Source: Bacillota bacterium (GTDB taxonomy: Bacteria; Bacillota; Dethiobacteria; DTU022). Taken from it: DNA of 52,785 nucleotides. Made by a program: the position numbers and the translations under genes. The notes beneath the pieces were generated by a model that was not told where the DNA came from, did no database searches, and worked only from the letters and a program-made list of their open reading frames with translations. Of the stretch, positions 38,637-47,258 are shown in pieces. Within the stretch, counting starts at the first letter, position 1. Every line of letters starts with the position of its first letter. The stretch lies in assembly GCA_012727685.1 (NCBI GenBank), contig JAAYGO010000215.1:1-52785 (forward strand). Reading direction: 5' to 3'.

Positions 38637-38667
38637 AGTCGTCCGCAAAAAAGTTTGCCATTTTCCC

Positions 38668-38696
38668 TTGACAATATTTGCTCCGGTTGCTACTAT
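38668..38696 (+). promoter_or_regulatory. Sigma-A promoter of the T-box leader
   Basis: TTGACA (38668-73), 17 nt, TACTAT (38691-96). Confidence 0.6.
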
Positions 38697-38702
38697 AAAT
38701 TT

Positions 38703-38939
38703 TAAAAATAAAAATGATCGTGCCGTGAAGGAAAGGGATGCCGGAGCAACACTTTGCAAAACAATTTGCAAAATAGAGCGAGCCGGGGAGGGTGCAAGCC
38801 CGGCAAACAGCCGGCAGTGGCAGTCCGGAGCAGATAACTCATAATTCGAGCGGGTTCGCCTTTTGGCGGGCCAAGTAGGGTGGAACCGCGGGAAAACCTC
38901 CCGTCCCTAGGTTTAGGTGGGGGCAGGTGGTTTTTTTTT
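38703..38939 (+). promoter_or_regulatory. T-box riboswitch leader (glyQS-like, no Stem II) with terminator/antiterminator
   Basis: T-box sequence AAGTAGGGTGGAACCGCG (38873-90). AG bulge AGAGCGA and distal loop GGGTGCAA in gccggg/cccggc (38775-38805). Stem III gggttcgcc-tttt-ggcgggcc. Antiterminator GGG..CGGG-aaaacct-CCCG.CCC. G/C-rich terminator 38897-38930 plus T9 (38931-39). Confidence 0.8.
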
Positions 38940-39002
38940 AAAAAAAGGCAAAGTAAGGTGCGGTTATTAAATTAGTGGGAAGGGCAGGAACTGTGATGAC
39001 CT

Positions 39003-39020
39003 ATATAGTATATACTATAT
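39003..39020. promoter_or_regulatory. Perfect 18-bp AT-rich palindrome ATATAGTAT/ATACTATAT; candidate operator/promoter of ccpN
   Basis: Exact palindrome about 40 nt upstream of the ccpN-like ATG. It overlaps -10-like TATACT/TATAGT hexamers. cctatat recurs at 39047-39053. Confidence 0.4.
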
Positions 39021-39061
39021 GGTTTGCTAAATCCAGAACAGGCTAGCCTATATGCTTTTTA

Positions 39062-39697
39062 ATGGAGGTGGCGGTAATCGACCTGAGTGAAAGACAAAAG
39101 GAGATCCTGGAGATCGTGAAAGCATTGGGCCCGATTTCCGGAGAAGAGATTGCCGCCCGGTTAAATGTCTCGCGGGCGGCGCTGCGGCCATGCCTGGCAG
39201 TGCTGACCATGTCTGGGCTGCTCGCGGCACGTCCCCGCGTCGGCTACTATTTTACCGGCAAAGAGAAGCACAATCTGCTAGCCGATTACCTGGAGCGCTT
39301 TAAGGTCAGTGAGATCAAGGCTGTACCCGCGGTAGTGCGCGAGGAGACGCCGGTGAGCGAAGCCATTGTCACCCTTTTCGTTGAGGATGTGGGCACTCTT
39401 TTCGTGGTCTCCGAGGAGGGCTGCCTGCAGGGGGTTGTTTCCCGCAAAGATCTGCTGAAGGCAGCCATCGGGACTACCGACCTCACTAAGATTCCGGTAA
39501 CCGTGATCATGACAAGAATGCCGAATATTGTGACAATCGATCCCGAGGCGAGCATGCTGGAGGCAGCCAGGAAAATTGTTGAATATCAGATCGATGCCCT
39601 GCCCGTAGTAAAAGAGCATTCCAAGGGTAAACTGAAGCTGCTGGGAAAGGTCACCAAGACCACGTTAGTCCGGTTGCTGGCGGAAATCAGCAGCTAG
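39062..39697 (+). CDS. ccpN: CcpN-like transcriptional repressor (HTH plus CBS pair)
   Basis: N-terminus ERQKEILEIVKALGPISGEEIAARLNVSRAALRPCLAVLTMSGLLAARPRVGYYFTGK aligns with my memory of Bacillus CcpN. Two CBS motifs. Followed by a PDRP gene, as ccpN-yqfL. Confidence 0.75.
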   Translation: MEVAVIDLSERQKEILEIVKALGPISGEEIAARLNVSRAALRPCLAVLTMSGLLAARPRVGYYFTGKEKHNLLADYLERFKVSEIKAVPAVVREETPVSEAIVTLFVEDVGTLFVVSEEGCLQGVVSRKDLLKAAIGTTDLTKIPVTVIMTRMPNIVTIDPEASMLEAARKIVEYQIDALPVVKEHSKGKLKLLGKVTKTTLVRLLAEISS

Positions 39698-39718
39698 TCA
39701 CGGAGGAGGTTGGTTTGC

Positions 39719-40534
39719 TTGAGCGAGGCCGCAGAAAAGACTATCGTCTACATTCTCTCAGACTCAGTGGGCGATACAGCCGAACTGGTAGTTAAAGCCG
39801 CCGCCAGCCAGTATGATTCCGGCAGCATGGAACTGCGCCGGTTTCCTTTTGTCAACGACCCGGCCGTCATAACCGAGATCTTTGAAGAGGCCGCGGGAAA
39901 CAACAGCATCGTGGCCTATACCCTGGTTCTGCCCGAGCTGCGCCGCGCCGTGGAGCGTGAAGCAGCCCGTTTTGGCGTAGCCACCGCCGATATTATGGGG
40001 CCCACCATGGAGGCCCTGGCCAGCGTGATGAAAAGGGACCCCTACCTGGAACCGGGGCGGATCCGGCGCCTGGATGAGGATTATTTCAAGCGGATCGCCG
40101 CCGTGGAGTTCGCGGTTAAATATGACGACGGCAAAGACCCGCGCGGCCTGATCCAGGCCGAAGTGGTGTTAATCGGCGTATCCCGAACCTCGAAAACCCC
40201 ACTGAGCATGTACCTGGCGCACAAGCGGGTGCTGGCGGCGAACCTGCCCCTGGTGCCCGAAGTGGATCCGCCGGAAGAGCTGTTCTGGATTCCTGCGAAA
40301 AAAGTGATCGGTTTGGATATCGATCCCTACCAGTTGCGCCGTATCCGCCGGGAGCGCTTGAATGCCCTTGGCTTGGATACCCATGCCAGCTATGCCTCCC
40401 TGGAGCGGATCATGGAGGAGCTGGAATATGCCCGCCGGATTTTTAGGAAGGTGGGCTGCATGATTTTCGATGTTTCAAATAAAGCAGTAGAAGAAGTAGC
40501 CAACAAAATCTTACAGGTGATCAGAGGAGGTTGA
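39719..40534 (+). CDS. Pyruvate,phosphate dikinase regulatory protein (PDRP, YqfL/DUF299)
   Basis: IYILSDSVGDTAE N-terminus, P-loop GVSRTSKTP. TTG 39719 lies about 9 nt after GGAGG; the track ORF opens at 39710. Confidence 0.85.
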   Translation: MSEAAEKTIVYILSDSVGDTAELVVKAAASQYDSGSMELRRFPFVNDPAVITEIFEEAAGNNSIVAYTLVLPELRRAVEREAARFGVATADIMGPTMEALASVMKRDPYLEPGRIRRLDEDYFKRIAAVEFAVKYDDGKDPRGLIQAEVVLIGVSRTSKTPLSMYLAHKRVLAANLPLVPEVDPPEELFWIPAKKVIGLDIDPYQLRRIRRERLNALGLDTHASYASLERIMEELEYARRIFRKVGCMIFDVSNKAVEEVANKILQVIRGG

Positions 40535-40540
40535 TGTTCG

Positions 40541-43195
40541 ATGTCTGGGCAATCCGGACAATGGGTCTACCGCTTTGCGGAAGGCCGTGCAGAAATGAAA
40601 AATTTATTGGGCGGCAAAGGGGCCAACCTGGCGGAAATGTCGCGGGTCGGCTTGCCGGTGCCTCCCGGGTTTACGATCACTACGGCAGCCTGTAACGCCT
40701 ATTACGAGCGGGGCCGGCAGATCTGGCCCGAGCTGGCGCAGCAGATCGAGGAGAATCTCGCCTATTTGGAAAAAGAGACAGGACGCAGCTTTGGCGGCGA
40801 CAAGCCGCTCCTGGTTTCGGTCCGCTCCGGAGCGATGATCTCCATGCCGGGGATGATGGATACCATTCTCAACCTGGGGCTCACCCCGAAAACGGTCGAG
40901 GCTCTGGCCGCGGAGTCGTCCGACCGGCGCTTTGCCATGGACTGTTTTCGCCGTTTTATCCAGATGTTTGCCGACGTGGTCTTAAAAGTGGAGTCATACC
41001 ATTTTGAGAATATTCTTACAGAAAAGCGCAATGCGCGGAATGTGCGCACCGATGCCGAGCTGCAGGCCGAGGACCTGGCGGAGGTAGTGGAAGAGTTTCT
41101 TAAAGTGGTGCGCCGCGAAACGGGGACCGAATTTCCCTTTGATCCCAGGGAACAGCTTTTCCTGGCGGTCAAGGCGGTCTTCGACTCGTGGCATAACCCC
41201 CGCGCCACCGTCTACCGGCAGATCAACCGTATTCCCGACGATCTGGGCACGGCGGTAAATGTGCAGGCCATGGTTTTCGGCAACCTGAATAACCAGAGCG
41301 GTACCGGCGTCGCCTTTACCCGCAGCCCCGCTACCGGGGAGCCGGTCATCTATGGCGAATACCTGCTCAATGCCCAGGGCGAAGATGTCGTGGCCGGCAT
41401 TCGCACTCCCCGCCCGATCGCGGAAATGGCGCAGGAATTGCCTGAGATTTATAAACAATTTGTAGATGTGTGCCGGAAGCTGGAGGCCCACTATCGAGAC
41501 ATGCAGGATATAGAGTTCACCATTGAAAACGGCAAACTCTACATTCTGCAAACGCGGAATGCCAAGCGCACCGCCGCTGCGGCAGTCAAAGTGGCCGTGG
41601 ACCTGGTGCGCGAAGGGGTCATCAGCAAGGATGAAGCCCTGCTGCGGGTGGAACCGGATCAACTGGACCAGTTGCTGCACCGCCGGATCGATCCGGAAGC
41701 GAAGCTGAACGTGCTGGCCTACGGCCTCCCCGCGTCGCCGGGAGCAGCCACGGGCAAAGTGGTCTTTGATCCCGACCGGGCGCAGGAGCTGGCGAGCGAA
41801 AACGTGGCCGTGCTGCTGGTGCGCTCTGAGACCACTCCCGATGATATTCACGGCATCAAGGCGGCCCAGGGTGTGCTCACCAGCCGCGGCGGGATGACCA
41901 GCCATGCCGCCGTGGTGGCACGAGGCATGGGCAAACCCTGCGTCTGCGGCTGCGAGGCGCTCAAGATCGATGCCGCCAAGGGCAAGTTCTATATTGACGG
42001 TCAGGAATATGCAGAAGGCGAAGTGCTCTCCATTGACGGGGCTACCGGGAGAGTAATCCTGGGCGAGGTGCCCTTAATCGATCCGGAGCTGACCCCCGAA
42101 TTCAAAGAGCTGCTATCCTGGGCCGATGCGAAGCGGCGCCTGAGGGTGCGGGCCAATGCCGATACCCCGGACGACGCCGCGCTGGCCGTGGAGCTCGGCG
42201 CCGAAGGGATCGGCCTTTGCCGGACCGAGCATATGTTTATGGATAAGGCGCGGGTGCCGGTGGTGCAGAAAATGATCCTCGCCGCCACCCTTAAAGAGCG
42301 GGAAGCAGCCATGGCCGAGCTGCTGCCGATGCAGAAAGATGATTTTAAGGGGATCCTGCAGGCCATGACCGGCTTGCCGGTGACGATCCGGCTCCTCGAC
42401 CCGCCGCTGCACGAGTTCCTGCCGAACCGCGAAGCGCTGCTGCTCGAAGTGGACCGCCTGCGCCGTGAAGGTGGCGACGGGCAGCTTCTGTTGCAGCGGG
42501 AAGAGCTGCTGCTGAAGGTGCGGGCCCTTGCTGAACAGAACCCCATGCTCGGGCATCGCGGCTGCCGCCTCGGGCTGGTCTACCCCGAAATCTACAGCAT
42601 GCAGGTGACAGCCATCTTCCAGGCGGCAGTGGAGCTGGTTAACGAAGGCATCGCGGCCGAGCAGATCAAGCTGGAGATCATGATCCCGCTGGTTGGCCAC
42701 GGCGCTGAACTGGCGCGGATGAAAAAAGTCGTTGACGATGCCGCCGCCGCGGTGCTTAAGGAGGCGGGGCTGGAACTCCCCTACCTGGTGGGGACGATGA
42801 TCGAGCTGCCGCGGGCCTGCATGGTCGCAGACGAGCTGGCGCAAGAAGCGGAATTTTTCTCCTTCGGCACCAACGACCTCACCCAGACCACGCTCGGCTA
42901 CAGCCGGGATGACGCCGAAGGCAAATTCTTGCCGTTTTACCTGGAGCATAAGATCCTGCCGGCCAACCCCTTCATGGAGGTCGACCGCGACGGGGTCGGC
43001 GCGCTCGTGCGCATCGCCATGGAAAAAGGGCGGAAGACACGCCCCGACATCAAGCTGGGCATCTGCGGCGAACACGGCGGAGATCCGGCGAGCATCGAGT
43101 TCTTCCACTCGGCCGGCCTCCATTACGTCAGTTGCTCGCCATACCGCATTCCCATCGCCCGCCTTGCCGCGGCCAGGGCGGTTCTGAAAGGTTAA
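40541..43195 (+). CDS. ppdK: Pyruvate,phosphate dikinase
   Basis: 884 aa. Phosphohistidine motif GGMTSHAAVVARG. N-terminal ATP-grasp (GGKGANLAEM). C-terminal PEP-utilising TIM barrel (GICGEHGGDP). Confidence 0.95.
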   Translation: MSGQSGQWVYRFAEGRAEMKNLLGGKGANLAEMSRVGLPVPPGFTITTAACNAYYERGRQIWPELAQQIEENLAYLEKETGRSFGGDKPLLVSVRSGAMISMPGMMDTILNLGLTPKTVEALAAESSDRRFAMDCFRRFIQMFADVVLKVESYHFENILTEKRNARNVRTDAELQAEDLAEVVEEFLKVVRRETGTEFPFDPREQLFLAVKAVFDSWHNPRATVYRQINRIPDDLGTAVNVQAMVFGNLNNQSGTGVAFTRSPATGEPVIYGEYLLNAQGEDVVAGIRTPRPIAEMAQELPEIYKQFVDVCRKLEAHYRDMQDIEFTIENGKLYILQTRNAKRTAAAAVKVAVDLVREGVISKDEALLRVEPDQLDQLLHRRIDPEAKLNVLAYGLPASPGAATGKVVFDPDRAQELASENVAVLLVRSETTPDDIHGIKAAQGVLTSRGGMTSHAAVVARGMGKPCVCGCEALKIDAAKGKFYIDGQEYAEGEVLSIDGATGRVILGEVPLIDPELTPEFKELLSWADAKRRLRVRANADTPDDAALAVELGAEGIGLCRTEHMFMDKARVPVVQKMILAATLKEREAAMAELLPMQKDDFKGILQAMTGLPVTIRLLDPPLHEFLPNREALLLEVDRLRREGGDGQLLLQREELLLKVRALAEQNPMLGHRGCRLGLVYPEIYSMQVTAIFQAAVELVNEGIAAEQIKLEIMIPLVGHGAELARMKKVVDDAAAAVLKEAGLELPYLVGTMIELPRACMVADELAQEAEFFSFGTNDLTQTTLGYSRDDAEGKFLPFYLEHKILPANPFMEVDRDGVGALVRIAMEKGRKTRPDIKLGICGEHGGDPASIEFFHSAGLHYVSCSPYRIPIARLAAARAVLKG

Positions 43196-43214
43196 TAAAA
43201 ACTAGATGAAGAGA

Positions 43215-43248
43215 AAAGGGCAGCGGGGACGATCCTCGCTGCCCTTTT
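43215..43248 (+). terminator. Intrinsic terminator after ppdK
   Basis: aaagggcagcg (43215-25) / cgctgcccttt (43237-47), then T. Confidence 0.75.
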
Positions 43249-43284
43249 ATGCCCGGCTCCATGCCACGTCAAGATGTGTTCTTA

Positions 43285-43356
43285 TCATTCTGATGGCGCC
43301 CCCGCTGGCGGGAGCATGGGGTCTATCAGATGACATGTACTGCGCTCAGGATGACA
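43285..43356. repeat. REP-like palindromic element (tcatYctga / tgcgctcaggatgaca family)
   Basis: tcattctgat (43285-94) ... atcagatgaca (43325-35) inverted pair around cccgc-tg-gcggg. tgcgctcaggatgaca (43341-56) is the reverse complement of the motif at 28119-32. Confidence 0.55.
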
Positions 43357-43368
43357 CGTGCCTGGTTG

Positions 43369-44562
43369 TTAACCGCTGATGGCTTCGCGGCCGCGCTGCC
43401 ACAGTCCGGCGAAAAAGTCACCGATGGAGCGGAAGAGGGCCTTGAAGAAGCCCAGGCGCTCCACCGGGGCGGCAGCCAGAAGCTCCACTTCGCTTACCGC
43501 ATCGCCGTCCGAGTTGAACAGTTGCAATTTGCCTAAACTCTGCCCCGCTTCCACCGGCGCTGCCAGGGATTCGGGAAGAGTGATTTTCTCCTCGAAGGAG
43601 GCGGCGCTTTGGCCGCGGGCTACAACAACGGCCACCGGCTCTTTCACCTTCACAGCCAGCTCTCTTTTTTCACCCCGGATGACGGGGAGCGAGGTGACCA
43701 CTTCTCCCGCCTCGTAGAGGGTGAGCAGTTCAAATTCCCGGAAGCCATAGTCGAGCAGCGCCTCGCTATCCTGCCGGCGGGTGGCGTTGCTGCTGTTCCC
43801 CATGACCACGGCGATCAGGCGCATGTCGCCCTGCAAGCTGCTGGCGGAGAGGCAATGGCCCGCTTCGGGTGTATAGCCGGTCTTAATCCCGTCCACGCCG
43901 GGGTAGTTTCCCAGGAGCGGATTGTTGTTGAACTGCCGGATCTCGTTGAATGTATACTCCGGTATGGCCAGGAAGGCGGCGGCTTCAGGCTGGGTCTTGA
44001 GAAAATAGGTGGAGAGGCGGGCCACGTCTGCAGCACTCATATAATGGTTCGGGTCGTGCAGACCGTGCGAATTCATAAAATGGGTGTTTTCAAGGCCCAG
44101 TTCTTCAGCCCGTTCGTTCATCTTCTGGACAAAGGCCGCTTCGGAGCCGTAAAGGTGTTCAGCCACCACCACGCAGGCGTCGTTGGCCGATACAACCGCA
44201 ATCCCCTTGAGCAATTCTTCGAAAGTAACCTCTTGTCCAATGTTTAAAAACATGGTCGAGGTCAAGCCGCCTTCGCCGGTTTCCCAGGCTTTTTGACTGG
44301 CGGTAAGCCTGGTATCCCAGTCAACCTTCCCCTGCTTCATTTCTTCCATGGCGATCAGCAGGGTCATGATTTTCGTCAGGCTGGCCGGATAGAGCCGTGC
44401 ATCGGCATTTTTTGAGAATAGAACCGTACCGGTCTCCGCTTCGATCAGAATGGCGGACTCGGCTTCCAGCTCAAGCTCGTCGGCGTAAACCGGGACGGCT
44501 GATAATCCAAACATGAAGGCTAGGACCAGGGTGGCAGCGATCATTTTTTTTACAACGGCCAA
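43369..44562 (-). CDS. D-alanyl-D-alanine carboxypeptidase (class A low-MW PBP)
   Basis: Signal peptide. SLTK (SxxK), SAN (SxN), KTGYT (KTG). C-terminal beta-sandwich domain. TTG start 8 nt after GGGAGG. Confidence 0.9.
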   Translation of the reverse strand: MAVVKKMIAATLVLAFMFGLSAVPVYADELELEAESAILIEAETGTVLFSKNADARLYPASLTKIMTLLIAMEEMKQGKVDWDTRLTASQKAWETGEGGLTSTMFLNIGQEVTFEELLKGIAVVSANDACVVVAEHLYGSEAAFVQKMNERAEELGLENTHFMNSHGLHDPNHYMSAADVARLSTYFLKTQPEAAAFLAIPEYTFNEIRQFNNNPLLGNYPGVDGIKTGYTPEAGHCLSASSLQGDMRLIAVVMGNSSNATRRQDSEALLDYGFREFELLTLYEAGEVVTSLPVIRGEKRELAVKVKEPVAVVVARGQSAASFEEKITLPESLAAPVEAGQSLGKLQLFNSDGDAVSEVELLAAAPVERLGFFKALFRSIGDFFAGLWQRGREAISG

Positions 44563-44815
44563 AGAGTTTTCCTCCCAACAATATTGTAGTTATTTTTGCT
44601 ATAATAAAATTGACCAGGCTAAAAAGGACGGAAAGGGCGGTTTGCAGGTGTGCATGATGTAATTCGACAGGCTCCAGGGAACTCCTTTTCGCAAAATATG
44701 GAGCCAGAGGCAGTCAGAAATTTTTAAATTTTATGTTCTGTGTGACAGGAAAACCGGCTTTTTATCGCGAAAAGATTAACAAGGCAAATTATTCGAATTG
44801 AGGAGTGATCACTAG

Positions 44816-46900
44816 ATGACCCAGCTTCATAACCAGGCTGCAGCCGGTGAAACGATTCATCCTCCCTGCCAGGCGGCTTGTCCCCTACACCAGGGGGTGC
44901 GGGATTACGTGTTCTCCATCGCCACCGGTGACTTCGACCGGGCCCTGGCGATTATCAAGGAGACCAACCCCCTCCCGTTTATCTGCGGGACCATCTGTGC
45001 CCATCCCTGCGAAGATGACTGCCGCCGGAATGATGTCGATGAACCGGTTTCCATTCGGGGGTTAAAGCGTTTTGCCGTGGAATACGGCCGGGCATCAGTG
45101 CCACCCGCGGGAGCGCAAAAAGATAAAGGCAAGGTGGCCATTATCGGCGCCGGCCCGAGCGGGCTCACGGCTGCTTTTGATCTGGCCCGCCGGGGCTGCG
45201 CGGTGACCGTATTTGACCGGGAACCGGCCGCCGGCGGTGCGGTGCGCCACTATATACCCCTCTACCGGCTGCCGGACGAGGTTATTGACCGGGATATCGA
45301 AGAAATTGCCGCCCAGGGCGTGACCTTTCGCTTCGGCGTTGAGCTGGGGCGCGATCTGACGATCGAAAAGCTGGAGCAGGAAGGGTATCAGGCGATCCTG
45401 CTGGCCCTGGGCCTGCCGGTCAGCCGCGGCTTGAACATCCCCGGCGTGGAAGGCGAAGGAATTTTCTATGCCCTGCCCTTCCTCAAGCAGGTCAAGCGGG
45501 AGGGATTTAAATTTGAAGGCAGCCCCACCGTGATCGTGATCGGCGGCGGGAACGTGGCCATGGACGTGGCCCGTTCCGCAGTGCGCTGCGGTGCCGGCAA
45601 GGTGAAGGTGGTCTGCCTGGAATCGACGGAAGAAATGCCCGCCTTTCCCTGGGAGATCGAAGAAGCCAGGGAGGAAGGGGTTGAATTCAACTGTTCCTGG
45701 GGCCCCAACGCCGTGATTCGCGAAGGCGGGAAGGTGAAAGGCCTGGAAACGGTGGGCTGCCTCTCTGTCTTTGACGAGGAGGGCCGCTTTAACCCGAAGC
45801 TGAACCCCGATTGCAAGCAGATGGTCACCGGTGACATCATCGTCTTTGCCATCGGCCAGGGGAGCGACCTCGCACCGGTACGCAGCGAGATCGCCGTCGA
45901 CGAGCGCGGCCGCATCGTCTTTAATCACCGCACCATGACCACGAGCCGCCCCGGAGTCTTTGCCTGCGGCGAAGTGGTGACCGGCCCGGGGACTGCGGTC
46001 CAATCCATGGCCAGCGGCCGGATGGCGGCACAGGCGATTTTGACTTATATCGAGGGAGGAGCTTTTGACAGCGCCACCCTGGAAGATATGCCCGCCGCCG
46101 ACAAGCTCGATCCGGCGGTGGCGGCCGAAGTGAGCCGCGTGGCGCGCCACGCCATCCCGATGATGAACCCGGCCGAGCGGATGAAACACTTCCAGCAGGC
46201 CGAGCTCGGCTACGATCCGGCGCTGGCGATCCGCGAAGCGCGCCGCTGCCTGACCTGCACCGCCGGCGCCATGCGCATCGACGAACTGTGCGCCAACTGC
46301 CTGACCTGCGTGCGGGTCTGCCCCTATCATGTCCCGGTGATCAACGAAGAGGGTACGGTAACCATTCGCAACGAGCAGTGCCAGGCCTGCGGCCTGTGCC
46401 TCTCCATCTGCCCGGCCTACGCCATCAAGTTCCGCGCCCCCTTTGTGGAGCAGGCGGCGGCCCGGATCGAACCGGCCGTCAGGGAACTGCTCGCCAGGGT
46501 TAACGGCGAACCGCCCATCCTGGCGGTGACCTGCTCCTACGGCGGCTTTGCCCTCCCTGAATTCCTGGAGTACAAGGCCGACCATGTGGCCCTGGTGCGC
46601 TACCCGTGCCTGGGCAAGGTTGATACCCTGGATCTGCTGAAAGCCTTTGAGCTGGGCGTAGACGGCATCGTGGTGGCCGACTGCAAAGACGACGACAGCT
46701 TCGACTGCCCCTACAAGGAGGTCGGCTACTGGATCCGGAAGCGGCTTGAGCATACCCGGCGGCTACTGGCCGATTTGGGCCTTGGCGGCGAGCGCCTTTT
46801 CTATGCGGAGCTGCCCGGCCTGGAGACTGCCGGTTTTGACAAAGTAGTGGCGGAGGCGGCGGCCCAATTTAAAGCGGCCGGTCCTTCTCCGGTGCGCTAG
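44816..46900 (+). CDS. GltD-like NAD(P)H/FAD oxidoreductase fused to a 2x[4Fe-4S] ferredoxin and an MvhD/FlpD-like domain
   Basis: N-terminal Cys-rich helical Fe-S domain (CQAACP...CGTICAHPCEDDC). GAGPSGLTAA and VIGGGNVAMD dinucleotide folds. CANCLTCVRVCP plus CQACGLCLSICP. C-terminus ILAVTCSYGG...RYPCLGKVD...GVDGIVVADCKDDDSFDCPY is typical of MvhD. Confidence 0.8.
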   Translation: MTQLHNQAAAGETIHPPCQAACPLHQGVRDYVFSIATGDFDRALAIIKETNPLPFICGTICAHPCEDDCRRNDVDEPVSIRGLKRFAVEYGRASVPPAGAQKDKGKVAIIGAGPSGLTAAFDLARRGCAVTVFDREPAAGGAVRHYIPLYRLPDEVIDRDIEEIAAQGVTFRFGVELGRDLTIEKLEQEGYQAILLALGLPVSRGLNIPGVEGEGIFYALPFLKQVKREGFKFEGSPTVIVIGGGNVAMDVARSAVRCGAGKVKVVCLESTEEMPAFPWEIEEAREEGVEFNCSWGPNAVIREGGKVKGLETVGCLSVFDEEGRFNPKLNPDCKQMVTGDIIVFAIGQGSDLAPVRSEIAVDERGRIVFNHRTMTTSRPGVFACGEVVTGPGTAVQSMASGRMAAQAILTYIEGGAFDSATLEDMPAADKLDPAVAAEVSRVARHAIPMMNPAERMKHFQQAELGYDPALAIREARRCLTCTAGAMRIDELCANCLTCVRVCPYHVPVINEEGTVTIRNEQCQACGLCLSICPAYAIKFRAPFVEQAAARIEPAVRELLARVNGEPPILAVTCSYGGFALPEFLEYKADHVALVRYPCLGKVDTLDLLKAFELGVDGIVVADCKDDDSFDCPYKEVGYWIRKRLEHTRRLLADLGLGGERLFYAELPGLETAGFDKVVAEAAAQFKAAGPSPVR

Positions 46901-46931
46901 CCGCAAGCAACTGCAATTGCCATTGAAACAA

Positions 46932-46960
46932 CCGGAGGCCGGGCATTTCCCGGCCTCCGG
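46932..46960 (+). terminator. Strong hairpin after the oxidoreductase gene (no U-tract)
   Basis: ccggaggccggg / cccggcctccgg, perfect 12-bp stem with a 5-nt loop. Confidence 0.5.
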
Positions 46961-47192
46961 TGCGCATGCCCATCATCATCCGCAATCCGGCCGCATCGAA
47001 TTTCTATATTTTGGCAATAATAAGGTTGTCCTGTGCAGAATGTTAAATTATTTTTAGAAAGCAGGAATCAACCGGGGATTGTAGAATATAATGTAACACT
47101 AAAAATGTACTTATTGCGAGGGGAGGATATTTCCCACAAGAGCATTGGATAGCTAATCTAAAGGGAATTGTCCGGAGGGAGTTGTCCAGGGT

Positions 47193-47223
47193 GCCTCGTC
47201 TGCGTATTAGAGATGAGGCTTTT
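47193..47223 (+). terminator. Terminator-like hairpin about 40 nt upstream of dnaG
   Basis: gcctcgtct (47193-201) / agatgaggc (47211-19) with one G-U pair, followed by TTTT. Confidence 0.4.
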
Positions 47224-47258
47224 CATTATCATGTCCGTAAAAAAAATAATGCTGGAAG

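Noticed and set aside
38208-38771. 187-aa minus-strand ORF
   Set aside because: It is antisense to the DUF4342-like gene and to the T-box promoter/leader. No RBS or motifs.
40994-43123. Minus-strand ORFs of 303 aa and 336 aa inside ppdK
   Set aside because: They are antisense to an unambiguous pyruvate,phosphate dikinase. The sequences are low-complexity and Arg/Gly/His-rich, with no RBS context.
45095-46753. 552-aa minus-strand ORF, the longest unannotated ORF in the track
   Set aside because: It is fully antisense to the GltD/MvhD gene, whose plus-strand product carries clear dinucleotide-fold, ferredoxin and MvhD motifs. The antisense product is Gly/Ala/His/Arg-rich with no motifs. This is the typical stop-codon-poor antisense frame of GC-rich coding DNA.
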